A stretch of 64,000 nucleotides of DNA from an uncultured Alphaproteobacteria bacterium (GTDB lineage: Bacteria; Pseudomonadota; Alphaproteobacteria; Rhizobiales; Beijerinckiaceae), in contig CAWEGU010000005.1 of the NCBI GenBank assembly GCA_963808645.1, positions 93,442 to 157,441 of the forward strand, given 5' to 3'. The number at the start of each line of letters is the position of its first letter. Position 1 is the first letter of the stretch. Below, piece by piece: positions 19,408 through 30,444 of this stretch. The position numbers and the translations under genes were made by a program. The notes beneath the pieces are model-generated. The model was not told where the DNA came from and did no database searches. It worked only from the letters and a program-made list of their open reading frames with translations.

Positions 19408-21767
19408 AAGTTCCAGCGCCAGTTGCGGACCTCCGGCATGTCGTCGCCATGCTCACTGACATAGAGCTTGTGACGCTCCATGGTCGTCCAGTAACGCGCC
19501 GTCGCCGTCTCCACTTGATCGCTGAGCCGTGGAATTCGCTGGATAGCGTCCAGCGCGAGTTGATAGCGGTCGAGATTGTTCAGCACGACCATGTCGAAGG
19601 AGGTCGTGGTGGTGCCTTCCTCCTTGTAACCGCGCACATGGATATTGTCATGATTGTGCCGCCGATAGGTCAGCTTGTGAATCATCGCGGGATAACCATG
19701 AAAAGCGAAGATCACCGGCTTGTCTGGCGTGAACAGCTTGTCAAAATCCTGATCTTCCAGACCGTGGGGATGCTCGGACTGAGGCTGCAATACCATCAAA
19801 TCCACCACGTTGACGACACGGATGCGGATATCGGGGACATACGAGCGCAAGAGGGTCACGGAAGCGAGCGTCTCAAGGGTCGGCACATCTCCGGCACAGG
19901 CCATGACCACCTCGGGATCGCCGCCATCGTTGCTGGCCCATCGCCAAATACCCGCGCCGACGGTGCAGTGGCGAACGGCCGTATCAATGTCGAGCCACTG
20001 CCACTCCGGCTGTTTGCCGGCGATGATCAAGTTGATGTAGTTGCGGCTGCGCAAACAGTGATCGGCTACCGACAGGAGGCAGTTTGCATCCGGCGGCAGA
20101 TAGATGCGCGCAATATCGGATTTCTTATTCGCGACATGATCGATAAAGCCGGGGTCCTGGTGGGAAAAGCCATTGTGATCCTGTTGCCAGACATGCGAGG
20201 TGAGCAAATAATTCAACGATGCAACCGGCTTCCGCCAGGGGATTTTTCTGCTAACCTTTAGCCACTTTGCATGCTGATTGAGCATCGAATCGATGATGTG
20301 GACGAAGGCCTCGTAGCAGGAGAATAGGCCATGGCGTCCCGTGAGCAGATATCCTTCGAGCCAGCCTTCGCATAGATGCTCGCTCAGCACCTCCATGACA
20401 CGGCCCTTGACATCGAGATTAACGTCGACTTCTTCAACTTCGGCCATCCATTCCTTGCCGGAGACTTCGTAGACGGCCTCCAATCTATTCGACGCGGTCT
20501 CGTCCGGGCCAAAGAGCCGGAAATTATGTTTGTCGAGATTGAGCTTCATCACGTCGCGCAGAAATTTTCCGAGAACCCGCGTCGCTTCCGCCTTGACGCA
20601 GCCGGGCTTAACTACGAGCACGGCGTAATCTTCGAAGTGGGGCATCGCTAGAGGCTGTAACAATCCACCGCCGTTGGCGTGTGGATTGGAGCCCATGCGG
20701 CGATGGCCCGTGGGCGCGAGCGCAGCGAACTCGTCGCGGAACTTGCCGTGTTCGTCGAACAGTTCGTGCGGCCGATAGCTCTTCATCCAATCTTCGAGTT
20801 GCTTTAGATGTTCGGGATCTTTGAAATCCGCGATCGGGACTTGATGCGCGCGCCAGGTGCCTTCGACCGGCTTGCCGTCGACGAATTTCGGCCCTGTCCA
20901 ACCCTTGGGCGTGCGGAAGACGATCATCGGCCAGCGCGGGCGCTCGAGGGTTGCCGTCTCGCCGCGAGACCGCGCGGCGCTCTGAATTTGGCGAATCTGC
21001 TCCAGAATCGCATCGAGCGTACCGGCAAGACATTGATGCACGGCCTCCGGATCGTCGCCCTCGACGAAACGCGGATCGTATCCGTAGCCGCGCAGCAGCT
21101 CGATCAGCTCCTGGCGGCTGATGCGAGCCAGCACCGTCGGATTGGCGATCTTAAAACCGTTGAGATGAAGGATCGGAAGAACCGCGCCATCACGCGCCGG
21201 GTTCAAAAATTTGTTGGAGTGCCAACTGGTGGCCAGCGCGCCGGTTTCCGCTTCGCCGTCGCCGACGATGCAGGCGACGATCAGATCCGGATTGTCGAAG
21301 GCGGCGCCATAGGCATGGGTCAACGAATAGCCCAGTTCTCCGCCTTCATGAATAGAGCCGGGAGTTTCCGGCGCCACGTGACTGGGAATTCCGTAAGGCC
21401 AGGAGAACTGGCGAAACAGCCGCTGCAGTCCGTTCCGGCTGCGCTCAATCGCCGGATAGTGCTCCGTGTACGAACCCTCCAGATAAGTCTGGGCCACTAG
21501 GCCTGGGCCGCCGTGACCCGGACCAATGACGTACATCATATTCAAATCGTTTTCTTTAATCAGCCGGTTAAGGTGGACATAAAGAAAGTTCAATCCCGGT
21601 GTCGTGCCCCAATGCCCGAGCAAACGAGGTTTGATATGTTCGAGCCTCAGCGGGGATTCGAGCAAGGGATTGTCTTGCAGATAGATCTGCCCGACCGACA
21701 GGTAATTCGCGGCGCGCCAATAGGCGTGCATTTTCCTGAGGAGGTCAGGTGATAAGGAGTCGGGCAT
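19404..21767 (-). CDS. xfp: Xylulose-5-P/fructose-6-P phosphoketolase
   Basis: [39 protein letters not shown] motif GDGEAETG...[15 protein letters not shown]; overlaps the ackA start. Confidence 0.95.
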   Translation of the reverse strand: MPDSLSPDLLRKMHAYWRAANYLSVGQIYLQDNPLLESPLRLEHIKPRLLGHWGTTPGLNFLYVHLNRLIKENDLNMMYVIGPGHGGPGLVAQTYLEGSYTEHYPAIERSRNGLQRLFRQFSWPYGIPSHVAPETPGSIHEGGELGYSLTHAYGAAFDNPDLIVACIVGDGEAETGALATSWHSNKFLNPARDGAVLPILHLNGFKIANPTVLARISRQELIELLRGYGYDPRFVEGDDPEAVHQCLAGTLDAILEQIRQIQSAARSRGETATLERPRWPMIVFRTPKGWTGPKFVDGKPVEGTWRAHQVPIADFKDPEHLKQLEDWMKSYRPHELFDEHGKFRDEFAALAPTGHRRMGSNPHANGGGLLQPLAMPHFEDYAVLVVKPGCVKAEATRVLGKFLRDVMKLNLDKHNFRLFGPDETASNRLEAVYEVSGKEWMAEVEEVDVNLDVKGRVMEVLSEHLCEGWLEGYLLTGRHGLFSCYEAFVHIIDSMLNQHAKWLKVSRKIPWRKPVASLNYLLTSHVWQQDHNGFSHQDPGFIDHVANKKSDIARIYLPPDANCLLSVADHCLRSRNYINLIIAGKQPEWQWLDIDTAVRHCTVGAGIWRWASNDGGDPEVVMACAGDVPTLETLASVTLLRSYVPDIRIRVVNVVDLMVLQPQSEHPHGLEDQDFDKLFTPDKPVIFAFHGYPAMIHKLTYRRHNHDNIHVRGYKEEGTTTTSFDMVVLNNLDRYQLALDAIQRIPRLSDQVETATARYWTTMERHKLYVSEHGDDMPEVRNWRWNL

Positions 21768-21990
21768 CAGGGTCTCCGAGATTGATTGCTGCTCTCTTGC
21801 CTTGTGGGTCTGGGCGAGGCATGAGGTGGCCTTCCGACCGGCGCGCTGAGGGAGGCTTCCTGCGACAGGTTTCGCGCCGGCGGCGACATCGGCGTACGGC
21901 CACATCCCCACCGGTCGGATAGAGGCAACCCGTCGGCAGGCGACCATCGCCGCGCCTGAGGAAGCGCGGCATATTCAAACGCCGCGCTCC

Positions 21991-22004
21991 TTGCAATTGA
22001 TCAA
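21991..22004. promoter_or_regulatory. FixK/FNR-type box upstream of xfp
   Basis: TTGC-AATTGA-TCAA matches TTG(A/C)-N6-(T/G)CAA; adjacent 8-bp stem AGCGCGGC/GCCGCGCT at 21963-21988. Confidence 0.45.
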
Positions 22005-22246
22005 AGTGGCGCTATGCATGGCGCATCGCATCAGCAAAGAGGATCGAGGGCGCTTCGGATCTCGCTCGTCACCAACATTTGATCATTGCCCACGTTGATG
22101 GCGTGGTTCCGGGGCCAGCCTCGCGTAATTTCGTGTCGCAACCGAAGTAAGACCACGATAGGGACCTTGATCTTCGTCCTGCCGTCCTTTTCGCGGCTCC
22201 GGCTTTAAGCCCATCGCTTGCGTTCATGCGAACCACTGGACGACCG

Positions 22247-23062
22247 TTAGTGAGACATCAGGCAGCAAATCGAGTTTGTCGCAAGCAGGTCCCGGGTCAT
22301 CCCGCCAAAGATCCATTCGCCGAGGCGGCTGCGTCCGTAAGCACCGGTCACAAGTAAATCGGCGCCGTCGTCTTGGGCGAGCTTGATGAGCTGAGCCGCA
22401 CCAGATCCCTGCTGATTAGGAATCACGCGAGCACTGCCGTTGATCCGGTGCTGCGTCAAATAGCGGACCACGTCACCGACGTGCTCCTGCGCGGCGCCTT
22501 CCTCGCCTGACCCGCAGATTTCAACGACCGTGACCCATGCGGCCTCGTGAAGGAATGGAAGCGCGTCCTGTACGGCCCGGCGCGCTTCGCGGGTATCCTT
22601 CCAGCCGATCACGACACGTTCTGCTCGCAATGAACTCACTCCCTCGGGGACAATCAGCGTCGGACGGCCGATTGTTAGAAGCGATCCACCTGGATCAAGT
22701 GACCTGTAAGCATCTCCCGCGCCCATGGTATGCCCGATTACGATGAGATCGGCACTCCGCGCCTCGCGCGCCAGCGCGTCAGTCGGGAAGTCCAATATCG
22801 GTCGCCACTCGAGCCTACGGTGATCATCGCCCGCAATGCTGCGAAACCAGTTTCCCTTGGCAGCAAGCAACGCCCTCATTTCTTTGATGTCGGATTCAGT
22901 CACTTCCTGGAAAACAACGCCCTTACCGAGGAGTGGCGGCCCAAGGGCCGACAACCCGATCAGGGTTGCGTTGAACTTGTCGGCGAGGCTTGCGGCAAGG
23001 TGCACCCGCTTTTCCGGCATGCCGTCGGCGTCGACGTAGGCCATCAGCACTGCATAGGACAT
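22247..23062 (-). CDS. Universal stress protein (tandem USP domains)
   Basis: EARSADLIVIG, RVVIGWKDTREARRAV, ADLLVTGAYGRSRLGEWIFGGMTRDLL. Confidence 0.88.
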   Translation of the reverse strand: MSYAVLMAYVDADGMPEKRVHLAASLADKFNATLIGLSALGPPLLGKGVVFQEVTESDIKEMRALLAAKGNWFRSIAGDDHRRLEWRPILDFPTDALAREARSADLIVIGHTMGAGDAYRSLDPGGSLLTIGRPTLIVPEGVSSLRAERVVIGWKDTREARRAVQDALPFLHEAAWVTVVEICGSGEEGAAQEHVGDVVRYLTQHRINGSARVIPNQQGSGAAQLIKLAQDDGADLLVTGAYGRSRLGEWIFGGMTRDLLATNSICCLMSH

Positions 23063-23279
23063 AGCAAAGCCCTTTCAGGACGAGACAATAATTAGGCATC
23101 GTCTTTGATAGGCATCGCTTCGAGCCCAATGTTGCTCCCATTCGGCTTTCCCCGCAACGCTGAGCCGTTCTCCTCGTTTATAGACGGGTCGCTCTTCCGG
23201 TCCGGAGCATCCTGCGCCAAGAGTTGCTGATCTTCCCGTCGTCATGACGCACCCCTCCCGTGGGTTTCGCTTGGACGCG

Positions 23280-23560
23280 TGACAACCGAACGCTTCACGC
23301 TAGCGCTGGATCAGCCGGCGGGCGCAATTCCGCGATCAACCGCAGAATGTCAGATTTCTCGGAAAGGGAAGCCGGAAGCGAACCGCATTGGCGGTAAAGG
23401 AACGGCACAACAACAGTGATCATTTGATCGCGCCTTTTCCCTCTTTGATCCATTGCTCACAGCTCCCGCGCTTGCTGTAGAGGCGACGACATTCTCTGCA
23501 AATCGCGCCATGTTCGTCACGACGAAGCCGATGTGCGGATAGAGTTCGCCGGGATGGAAA
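23280..23560 (-). mobile_element. IS1380-family transposase remnant
   Basis: GELYPHIGFVVT...LYSKRGSCEQWIKEGKGAIK and C-terminal ILRLIAELRPPADPALA*. Confidence 0.75.
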
Positions 23561-23565
23561 GCCTG

Positions 23566-24948
23566 TCAGAATGCAATCCAGCTGTAGAGGAAAACGGTGT
23601 TGTTCTGCGAGGCGTTGTGAAAGGTGCCATCGAAATTGTTTACCCCCCCGAAGAGCTTCAGATAATGCGTGTAGGATAGGCCGATACGGGCATTGGCCCA
23701 AGGCCAAACCGATGGCCCGCCTTTGCTGAACGGCAAATAGGCGGCGTCAAATATGATTCCTTGACCGTCGGGACTGTTGGCGAGCGAAGTGGGGCCGAAC
23801 AGCAACGCATCCGCTGACCCATAGACGCTAAAATAAGCTGCCGTTAGGCTGATCGTGTGGTCGTAAACGTAGCCGAGCGAGGCCTTGAAGCTCTCGAGCG
23901 TGTTGAAATTGTTGAATGAAAGTCCTTGCAGAAAGGACGAATTGAGATGCTGCAGCTCGTTTATGTGCGTGATTTTGGCCGTAACGATATGTGGATCGCC
24001 AATGTACTGGTACTGCGCATCAAATCCGATATCCAGAATCTGATCGAACCCAAATCCGGGGACCCGCCCAGGCAGCTCATTGACTGATAGACCAAACGTG
24101 CCAAATTCAAACGAGTGCTCGCCGTAGTTGAATTCAAGAGCGGCGCGCCAGTAGGGCGCGGCGCCACACATCGAGAGATCGCCGATGCCTGGCTCGCCGA
24201 GTGCCTCCAATGCTTGCCGGGAGAGGTTTTGGTAGACGCTCCCTTCGAGGTAGAGCATGTCGTTCCAGAAGGTATAGATTCCTGTTCCGACGACTTTCCC
24301 CCCAAGAGCCCCTTCGATCGTTGTTCCAGGGGGCGCAAACTGCGGGGCAATCGTGGATGCGATGTAAGGAAAACCCCAGGCGGGGGTCGTGTTCCAGACG
24401 TCTTGAACGGTCGGATTGTTGTTGACCGACACGCCATAAATCAGATCGAGACCAAAAAGGCTTGCCGTATCCGCATAGCGGATATCGGTGTTATCCAGAA
24501 ATGTGTGGTTCGATGCCCTGTCATAGGTGCCCTGAATCAAGGCGCCAATATTTCCGTAGATTTGGCCGCCGTAAAACACGCTCACTTGCTGCAGGATCGT
24601 ATTGTTGTTGGTATGGGCGTCTCCGAGCGGCGGCGTATCCTGGTTTCGGGCGGTGTGGGTGAAAGTTGGGACGAGCATCGCGGCAAGTGGCGGTGCCTCC
24701 TCAAAAGTCAGACCGCCGCCCATCGTATAACCGGCCAATTTGAACCGGCGCCCGAATGGCGTGAGTTCGGGAAAAGCGGTATGACACGTCGCACAGGGCT
24801 GACCGGTTTGCCGCGCGAAACTCGGTACCGCCGATGCCATGGGCGGTTTGATCAAGATCCCCGCTCCGGTCACCATCACGGCAAGGAACGCTACCCCTCC
24901 AACAGCAGCCGCGGCTGGCCAATCACGCCGCGCGTAACGGGCTGTCAT
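23566..24948 (-). CDS. cyc2: Cyc2-like fused monoheme cytochrome c / outer-membrane porin (start could be as far up as 25020)
   Basis: After a signal-like segment: AVPSFARQTGQPCATCHTAFPELTPFGRRFKLAGY; about 400 aa of aromatic-rich beta-type sequence; ends YSWIAF (outer-membrane C-terminal Phe). Confidence 0.82.
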   Translation of the reverse strand: MTARYARRDWPAAAAVGGVAFLAVMVTGAGILIKPPMASAVPSFARQTGQPCATCHTAFPELTPFGRRFKLAGYTMGGGLTFEEAPPLAAMLVPTFTHTARNQDTPPLGDAHTNNNTILQQVSVFYGGQIYGNIGALIQGTYDRASNHTFLDNTDIRYADTASLFGLDLIYGVSVNNNPTVQDVWNTTPAWGFPYIASTIAPQFAPPGTTIEGALGGKVVGTGIYTFWNDMLYLEGSVYQNLSRQALEALGEPGIGDLSMCGAAPYWRAALEFNYGEHSFEFGTFGLSVNELPGRVPGFGFDQILDIGFDAQYQYIGDPHIVTAKITHINELQHLNSSFLQGLSFNNFNTLESFKASLGYVYDHTISLTAAYFSVYGSADALLFGPTSLANSPDGQGIIFDAAYLPFSKGGPSVWPWANARIGLSYTHYLKLFGGVNNFDGTFHNASQNNTVFLYSWIAF

Positions 24949-25465
24949 GGTTTCACTGCCGATGCCAGCTTTCGGACGCGCGGCTTTGTCGAAATCAGCG
25001 TTCATTGGAGTATTTTGCATGGGCCAGCGTTGCCGCCGCGATCGAACCGCTTCGAAAAGGGAGGTGAACACACGCGACCTTTCAAAACGTCCGGTTACGC
25101 TAACAGCCCTTGCGCGTTGGCGGCAAGCGAAATTAAGCCATACAATTTGGTCTTTTTTGTATGTGGTCGTAAAGCAACACAGCTGATCAGCGCAGTTGGT
25201 GAACAAATTCGCTGAAGAGCCTAAAGCGCCCTCTCAAAGCGGCTCGCTGGGCTTGCCGCAAAGCTATCGCAGCGCGACACTTCTACGCATTGATTTCGGA
25301 GGCTCGGGCGCGATGATCCGGAGCCTCTGTTGCGTGGCGATGCAATCCGGGACTTCTGAGCGTCACTCGCCGTGCAGCGCCTCACTGGAGTTGAGGCGCT
25401 GCTACTTTTCGCCCGAGGCATGGCAAGCCAATTCCGTCATCGGCGTTTGCCACGCAATCCCGCGC

Positions 25466-26077
25466 TCATTGTAGGCGATCGTACTCGACAAAGCTTAGGT
25501 ATGAAGCGAGGGCTTCAATTTCGTTTGGGGATAATTTGTTTGCGATATTAGGCATGGGCTCTGCGGCCGCGTGAAACCCTTCGCCCCACTGTTCAAGCCT
25601 TCTTTTTAAGTAGGAATACGCCAGCCCCCCCAGCCTTGGAATTTCTCTTACCCCCTCGGCATTCGGGCCATGACAGACGAGGCAGGACACAATATTGGAA
25701 TTCGGAATTCCCTGTTCATAAATCGTTCTACCTACGGCGACCAGATCCCTGTCTCCGTCATTGGCGGCTTTGGGGGGCAACATCGAAAAGTAGGCAGCTA
25801 GATCATGCGCCGTCTCGGGACTGAGATTTGCCACGGCACCCCACATATACTGCTTTGAATAGGGGTTATCCCGGCTGCGATTGCTAAAGCTCAGAAGCTG
25901 ATTCGCGATATACTGATCTCTTTGTCCGGCTAGGCGTGGCGCAGTCGCAAACCCTTCTGCCGACGTTCCATGGCACCACGTGCAGTTCCGGACGGGAATG
26001 GGCTCACCTGCCAACAGCGGACCGGCAGCACAAGAAACGATCGCCAGGGTTGCCACTTTTGAGGTGATGAGTTTCAT
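25466..26077 (-). CDS. Diheme cytochrome c4 (Cyc1-like)
   Basis: Signal peptide; CTWCH and CLVCH; PRLAGQ; distal Met in YMWG and PMP. Confidence 0.9.
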   Translation of the reverse strand: MKLITSKVATLAIVSCAAGPLLAGEPIPVRNCTWCHGTSAEGFATAPRLAGQRDQYIANQLLSFSNRSRDNPYSKQYMWGAVANLSPETAHDLAAYFSMLPPKAANDGDRDLVAVGRTIYEQGIPNSNIVSCLVCHGPNAEGVREIPRLGGLAYSYLKRRLEQWGEGFHAAAEPMPNIANKLSPNEIEALASYLSFVEYDRLQ

Positions 26078-26129
26078 GATTCGCGTTCTCGCGCTTATGC
26101 AAAACTGGCACCCTGCTAAGCGATCAAAA

Positions 26130-26777
26130 TCACTTCAGAGAGCTGATGTAGGCTGAGATGGCAGCAATCTGGGATTGGGTCAGGTTGTGGGTGGTCGGCA
26201 CCATAATGGCCGATGTGTCTTTCGCCGAGCGTTGCCCTCGCTCTTTGCTCCAATTCGTCAATACTTTCACCGTGTACGGAAAGAGCTGGCCGGCAAGCCG
26301 GGGAATTTCGTCTTTACCCTTAGCCGCCGGACCATGGCACGCTGAACAGGCAGGAACGTTGGCTTCAGGTAATCCTTCATCGAAGATTGTTTTTCCTATG
26401 GCCAGGTTTTCCTTCGGAGCACCGCCTATTGGATTGGGATCGAGATCCCTAAAATGTGCGGCCAGGGCCGCGATCATCGACGGACTGAGAGCATGCGCCA
26501 CGTTAAACATGGCGGCGTTCATCCGCCTGTGCTCAATGAAGGCCTGTAACTGGTTCTCGATGTATTTGGGCTGTTGCCCTGCGAGTCGGGGCATGGGAAA
26601 ATATCCGCGATAACCCTGCCCAGACAGCCCGTGGCAGGCTTTGCAATATTCCAACTTGGCCTGAAGCTCCGGCTTCGAAAAGGCGGCCTTGCCCCGATCA
26701 TCCGCGCGGCTCGCTGCGGAGAAAAGAATAGCAAGGGCTGCTGTTTGCAACGCCAATTGTAAACGAATGAACTTCAT
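26130..26777 (-). CDS. Diheme cytochrome c4
   Basis: Signal peptide; CKACH and CSACH; PRLAGQ twice. Confidence 0.9.
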   Translation of the reverse strand: MKFIRLQLALQTAALAILFSAASRADDRGKAAFSKPELQAKLEYCKACHGLSGQGYRGYFPMPRLAGQQPKYIENQLQAFIEHRRMNAAMFNVAHALSPSMIAALAAHFRDLDPNPIGGAPKENLAIGKTIFDEGLPEANVPACSACHGPAAKGKDEIPRLAGQLFPYTVKVLTNWSKERGQRSAKDTSAIMVPTTHNLTQSQIAAISAYISSLK

Positions 26778-26818
26778 AATCCGGCCTCCCCGCCCTTCCT
26801 TTCGTGTCATCGCCCAAT

Positions 26819-26950
26819 TGACCTTCCTGCAACTTCCTGCACGCCGGACTCAAACGGCTTTTCACTCATTTTCATTGTGCGCGATGGAGCCAAGGGCAGA
26901 GTGGAGCCGCGGACGATTATAATATCTTCGGTATAGGCAAACAGCTCGCG
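26819..26950 (-). mobile_element. IS3-family right-end remnant
   Basis: RELFAY / YYNRPRLHSALG C-terminal motif across a frameshift; terminal ...GGAAGGTCA-3' at 26819. Confidence 0.65.
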
Positions 26951-27160
26951 TTTTGTTACTTACCGTGGGGAAACGGATCGGATCGACGAGTTCAGTGCAA
27001 AGTACCCGGGTGGAACGGAAAACAACAAACCTCTCCCACTGCGCGCATTCTGCTCCAACGCACAAAAGGCCCACCAACCCCGTCATTATTAAACAGCTGG
27101 CGCATATGGTCTAGATCTGCGTGCCATGGCGTAGCGTCAGATAATATCGGAGGGCGGAGC

Positions 27161-27817
27161 ATGAGAATCATTTTGGTGCCCGCGGCAATTCTCGCAATTG
27201 TTTTCACGACCGCGGGTCGCGCGGAAGAAACGAGTCCAGTCACCGTTTCGCAGCAAGAGCTTCAGGCTAAAATAGCATATTGCAAAACATGCCACGGATT
27301 GTCGGGGCAAGGTTTTCGTGGAGCGTTTCCGATGCCGCGACTCGCGGGGCAGCAACCCGAATATCTTGAAAATCAGTTGCGGGCCTTCAATGAGCGCAGG
27401 CGGACAAACCCAATTATGTTTAACGTCGCGCACGTCTTGAACCCGCAGATGATCACGGCTTTGGCAGCGCATTTTAAGGATCTGGACGCAAAACCGTTGG
27501 GTGGTGCTCCAAAGGAGCTCGTGGCCGCGGGAAAGACACTCTATGCGGGAAAGACACTCTATGAGGAGGGAGTGCCTGACGCCAACGTTCCTCCATGCTC
27601 TTCCTGTCACGGTCCAGAGGGTAAAGGCGACGGGGCTTTTCCCCGGTTGGCCGGTCAGCTCCGTGACTATATTTTTCGCAAGCTGGTGAATTGGAACAAG
27701 GAGCGAGGTCAAGATCGGTCAAAACCAGACACTTCAGCTATTATGGAGCCGATTGCGCACAGCCTGACGGAGCCGCAGATTGAAGCAGTTGCGGCCTACG
27801 TCAGCTATCTGGAGTAA
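27161..27817 (+). CDS. Diheme cytochrome c4, paralog of 26130-26777
   Basis: CKTCH and CSSCH; shares ELQAK..YCK.CHGLSGQG.RG.FPMPRLAGQQP with the divergent copy. Confidence 0.9.
   Translation: MRIILVPAAILAIVFTTAGRAEETSPVTVSQQELQAKIAYCKTCHGLSGQGFRGAFPMPRLAGQQPEYLENQLRAFNERRRTNPIMFNVAHVLNPQMITALAAHFKDLDAKPLGGAPKELVAAGKTLYAGKTLYEEGVPDANVPPCSSCHGPEGKGDGAFPRLAGQLRDYIFRKLVNWNKERGQDRSKPDTSAIMEPIAHSLTEPQIEAVAAYVSYLE
27527..27562 (+). repeat. In-frame 18-bp tandem duplication
   Basis: GCGGGAAAGACACTCTAT x2 gives AGKTLY-AGKTLY. Confidence 0.9.
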
Positions 27818-28002
27818 CCTGTTCCGGCATGCCGCACATGCTCGTTGACCGGAGGTAGGCCCCGCGAGTCCGCTTGGAAACTGAGAAATGTTCGTGGCGA
27901 GCATTTCTTTTCACCGACTATGTGCTCGCGGTGGCTGCCAAGGGAGCGATTGGAACCGGCGACGCTGAACCCTTGGCGCGCGCCTAGGACAGCGTCGAGT
28001 TG

Positions 28003-28233
28003 ATGTACGAGCACCATGCGGCGCGCGAGGACACAATCGTGTTTCCGGCGTGGAAAGACGCGCTTTCAGCGCATCAACTCGACGAAATGGGCGAGTTGTT
28101 CGAGGAAATCGAGCATCAGCAATTCGGCAAGGATGGATTCGAAGACGCCGTGGCGCAAATCGGACGCATCGAACAGGCCCTCGGCATTGCCGACATCGCG
28201 CAATTTACCGCGCCGCCACCACCAAAGACTTGA
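28003..28233 (+). pseudogene. Hemerythrin-like domain protein, C-terminal fragment
   Basis: MYEHHAAREDTIVFPAW (H-x3-E motif); N-terminal half missing. Confidence 0.65.
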
Positions 28234-28240
28234 GGTTCTT

Positions 28241-28950
28241 ATGGGCACGGATAGCAACGCGGTCCCGTCCAAAGGGCATCGCTCCTTTCTGGAAGTGCTT
28301 TCTGTCTTCCTTCGGCTCGGGGTCACAGGCTTCGGCGGGCCAATCGCGCATCTTGGCTATTTCCGCGCCGAAATCGTCGAGCGCCGCAAGTGGCTCGATG
28401 AAGCAGCCTACACCGATACTATCGCGCTCTGCCAGTTCCTTCCCGGCCCGGCAAGCAGTCAGGTCGGTATTATTCTCGGCATGGTGCGCGCCGGTCTTCC
28501 GGGCGGATTCGCGGCGTGGCTCGGCTTCACAATTCCTTCAGCGCTCGCCCTCATCGCCTTCGCTTATGGCGTCGGCAGCCTCGGGGAGATATCGCATATT
28601 GCATGGCTGCACGGCCTCAAGATCGTCGCCGTCGCTGTCGTTGCGCAGGCGGTTTGGCGCATGGCGGAAAGCCTCTGCCCTGATCGGGAAAGGGTGACTC
28701 TGGCTATCGCGGCAACTCTGCTCACCTTGGCGATTCCTTCGGCAACCGGCCAGATCGGAGCCATTGTGGCGGGCGGTATCATTGGCTGGCGATTTCTTCC
28801 CGGCATGAATAACGCCGAAGCCACGCCGCCCTCGATTCCTGTCGGTCGCACAACCGCGATTGCTTCGATTGCAATGTTTGCCGCCTTGCTTTTCGGGCTG
28901 CCGTTGCTTGCATCGGCAACGTCCGATCACACAATCGAGCTTATCAGCCG
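28241..28950 (+). pseudogene. chrA: Chromate efflux transporter ChrA, C-terminal half missing
   Basis: FLRLGVTGFGGPIAHLGYF...CQFLPGPASSQVG; similarity stops at IELISR. Confidence 0.88.
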
Positions 28951-30444
28951 CCTTGATATAGGTTTCCACCGGCGCGCAGGTGCAAACGAGGTTGCGGTCT
29001 CCATAAACATTATCCACGCGGTTGACCGGCGGCCAGTATTTATCGACCCGGAAGGCGCCGGCCGGAAAGCAGGCGGCCTCGCGGGAATAGGGCCTGTTCC
29101 ATTCGCCCACGAGGTCTTCGACGGTGTGCGGGGCGTTCTTCAAAGGATTGTTCTCTTTGTCCATGCGCCCTTCCGCGATGGCCCGCGCCTCCTCGCGAAT
29201 GGCGAGCATCGCGTGGCAGAAACGATCGAGTTCCCCCTTCGTCTCCGACTCAGTGGGCTCCACCATCAGCGTCCCCGCGACGGGCCAGCTCATGGTCGGG
29301 GGGTGAAAGCCGCAATCGATGAGCCGCTTGGCGATGTCGTCGACGGTGACGCCAGCCTCCTCGAGCAATGGCCGCGTATCAATGATGCATTCATGCGCGA
29401 GGCGACCCTTGGCGCCCGAATATAGCACGTCATAGGCGCCCGCGAGGCGTTTGGCAATGTAATTCGCGTTCAGGATCGCGACGCGGGTCGCTTGCGCAAG
29501 GCCTTCGCCGCCCATCATCAGGCAATAGCTCCAAGAGATCGGGAGGATCGACGGCGAACCATAATGCGCCACTGAAACCGTTACGGCGTTTCCGCCCGTC
29601 TCGGGATGGCCGGGCAGGAACGGCGCGAGGTGCGCCTTGACGCCGATAGGCCCCATGCCCGGGCCGCCGCCGCCGTGCGGAATGCAGAAGGTCTTGTGAA
29701 GATTCACGTGGCCCACGTCGGCGCCGAAGTCGCCAGGACTTGCGAGCCCTACAAGTGCGTTGAGATTGGCGCCGTCGAGATAGACCTGGCCGCCGTTCGC
29801 ATGGGTGATCGCACAGATCTCGCGGCCGGCGGCTTCAGAAGCGTGAGCGCTAGCGGATCGGCCGCGATGACGGCGATCGCCTTCGCTGCATGCAACTTGG
29901 CGATCGGCTCCGCGAAATCGTGGAAGTCGCCGGTGACGCCTGGGTATTGAAAAAGCGCGCCGAAGACCTGGTCTGGCTCCAAGTCTTTGAAGGGATCTCC
30001 GACGATGATCCTCCATCCAAGTGGCTCCGCGCGCGTGCGCGCTACCGCAATCGTCTGCGCCAGGCAATTTTCATCGACAAAGTAAGCTGTCGCCTTCGAC
30101 TTCGTGACGCGATCGGCGAGCGCGATCGCCTCTGCCGCCGCGTCGCCTCGTCGAGCAGCGAAGCGTTGGCGATAGCGAGCCCGGTCAGGTCCGAGACGGC
30201 CGTCTGAAAATTGAGCAGCGCCTCAACCCTGGCTGACCTCCGGCTGATAGGGCGTGTAAGCCGTGTACTTATAGCCTTGGCCGATGAGCGACGTCAGGAC
30301 GCGGTTCTTGTTCGCGGTCTCATCGATCTGCGCGTCGAGACTCGAAACGCCCACGACCCGCAACATTTCGGCGATCTCCTCGGGCGCCGGCCCTATGTGG
30401 CGACAATTCGCGATGTCGTAGGGTTCGTATGCGTCGGCGCTCAT
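28940..30444 (-). pseudogene. gcvP: Glycine dehydrogenase P-protein with several internal deletions
   Basis: [70 protein letters not shown] in only about 1.5 kb. Confidence 0.92.

Noticed and set aside
23105-23118. FNR box before the first USP
   Set aside because: TTGAT-N4-ATCGC has a broken right half and lies next to IS1380-derived sequence.
24115-25215. 366-aa ORF opposite cyc2, and similar long antisense ORFs (e.g. 16972-17910, 19449-20261, 61984-63081)
   Set aside because: Shadow ORFs of GC-rich genes with no motifs.
28016-30067. Long ORFs 28016-29425 (+) and 28538-30067 (-) as novel fusion proteins
   Set aside because: They are read-throughs across the chrA/gcvP tail-to-tail junction into antisense sequence.
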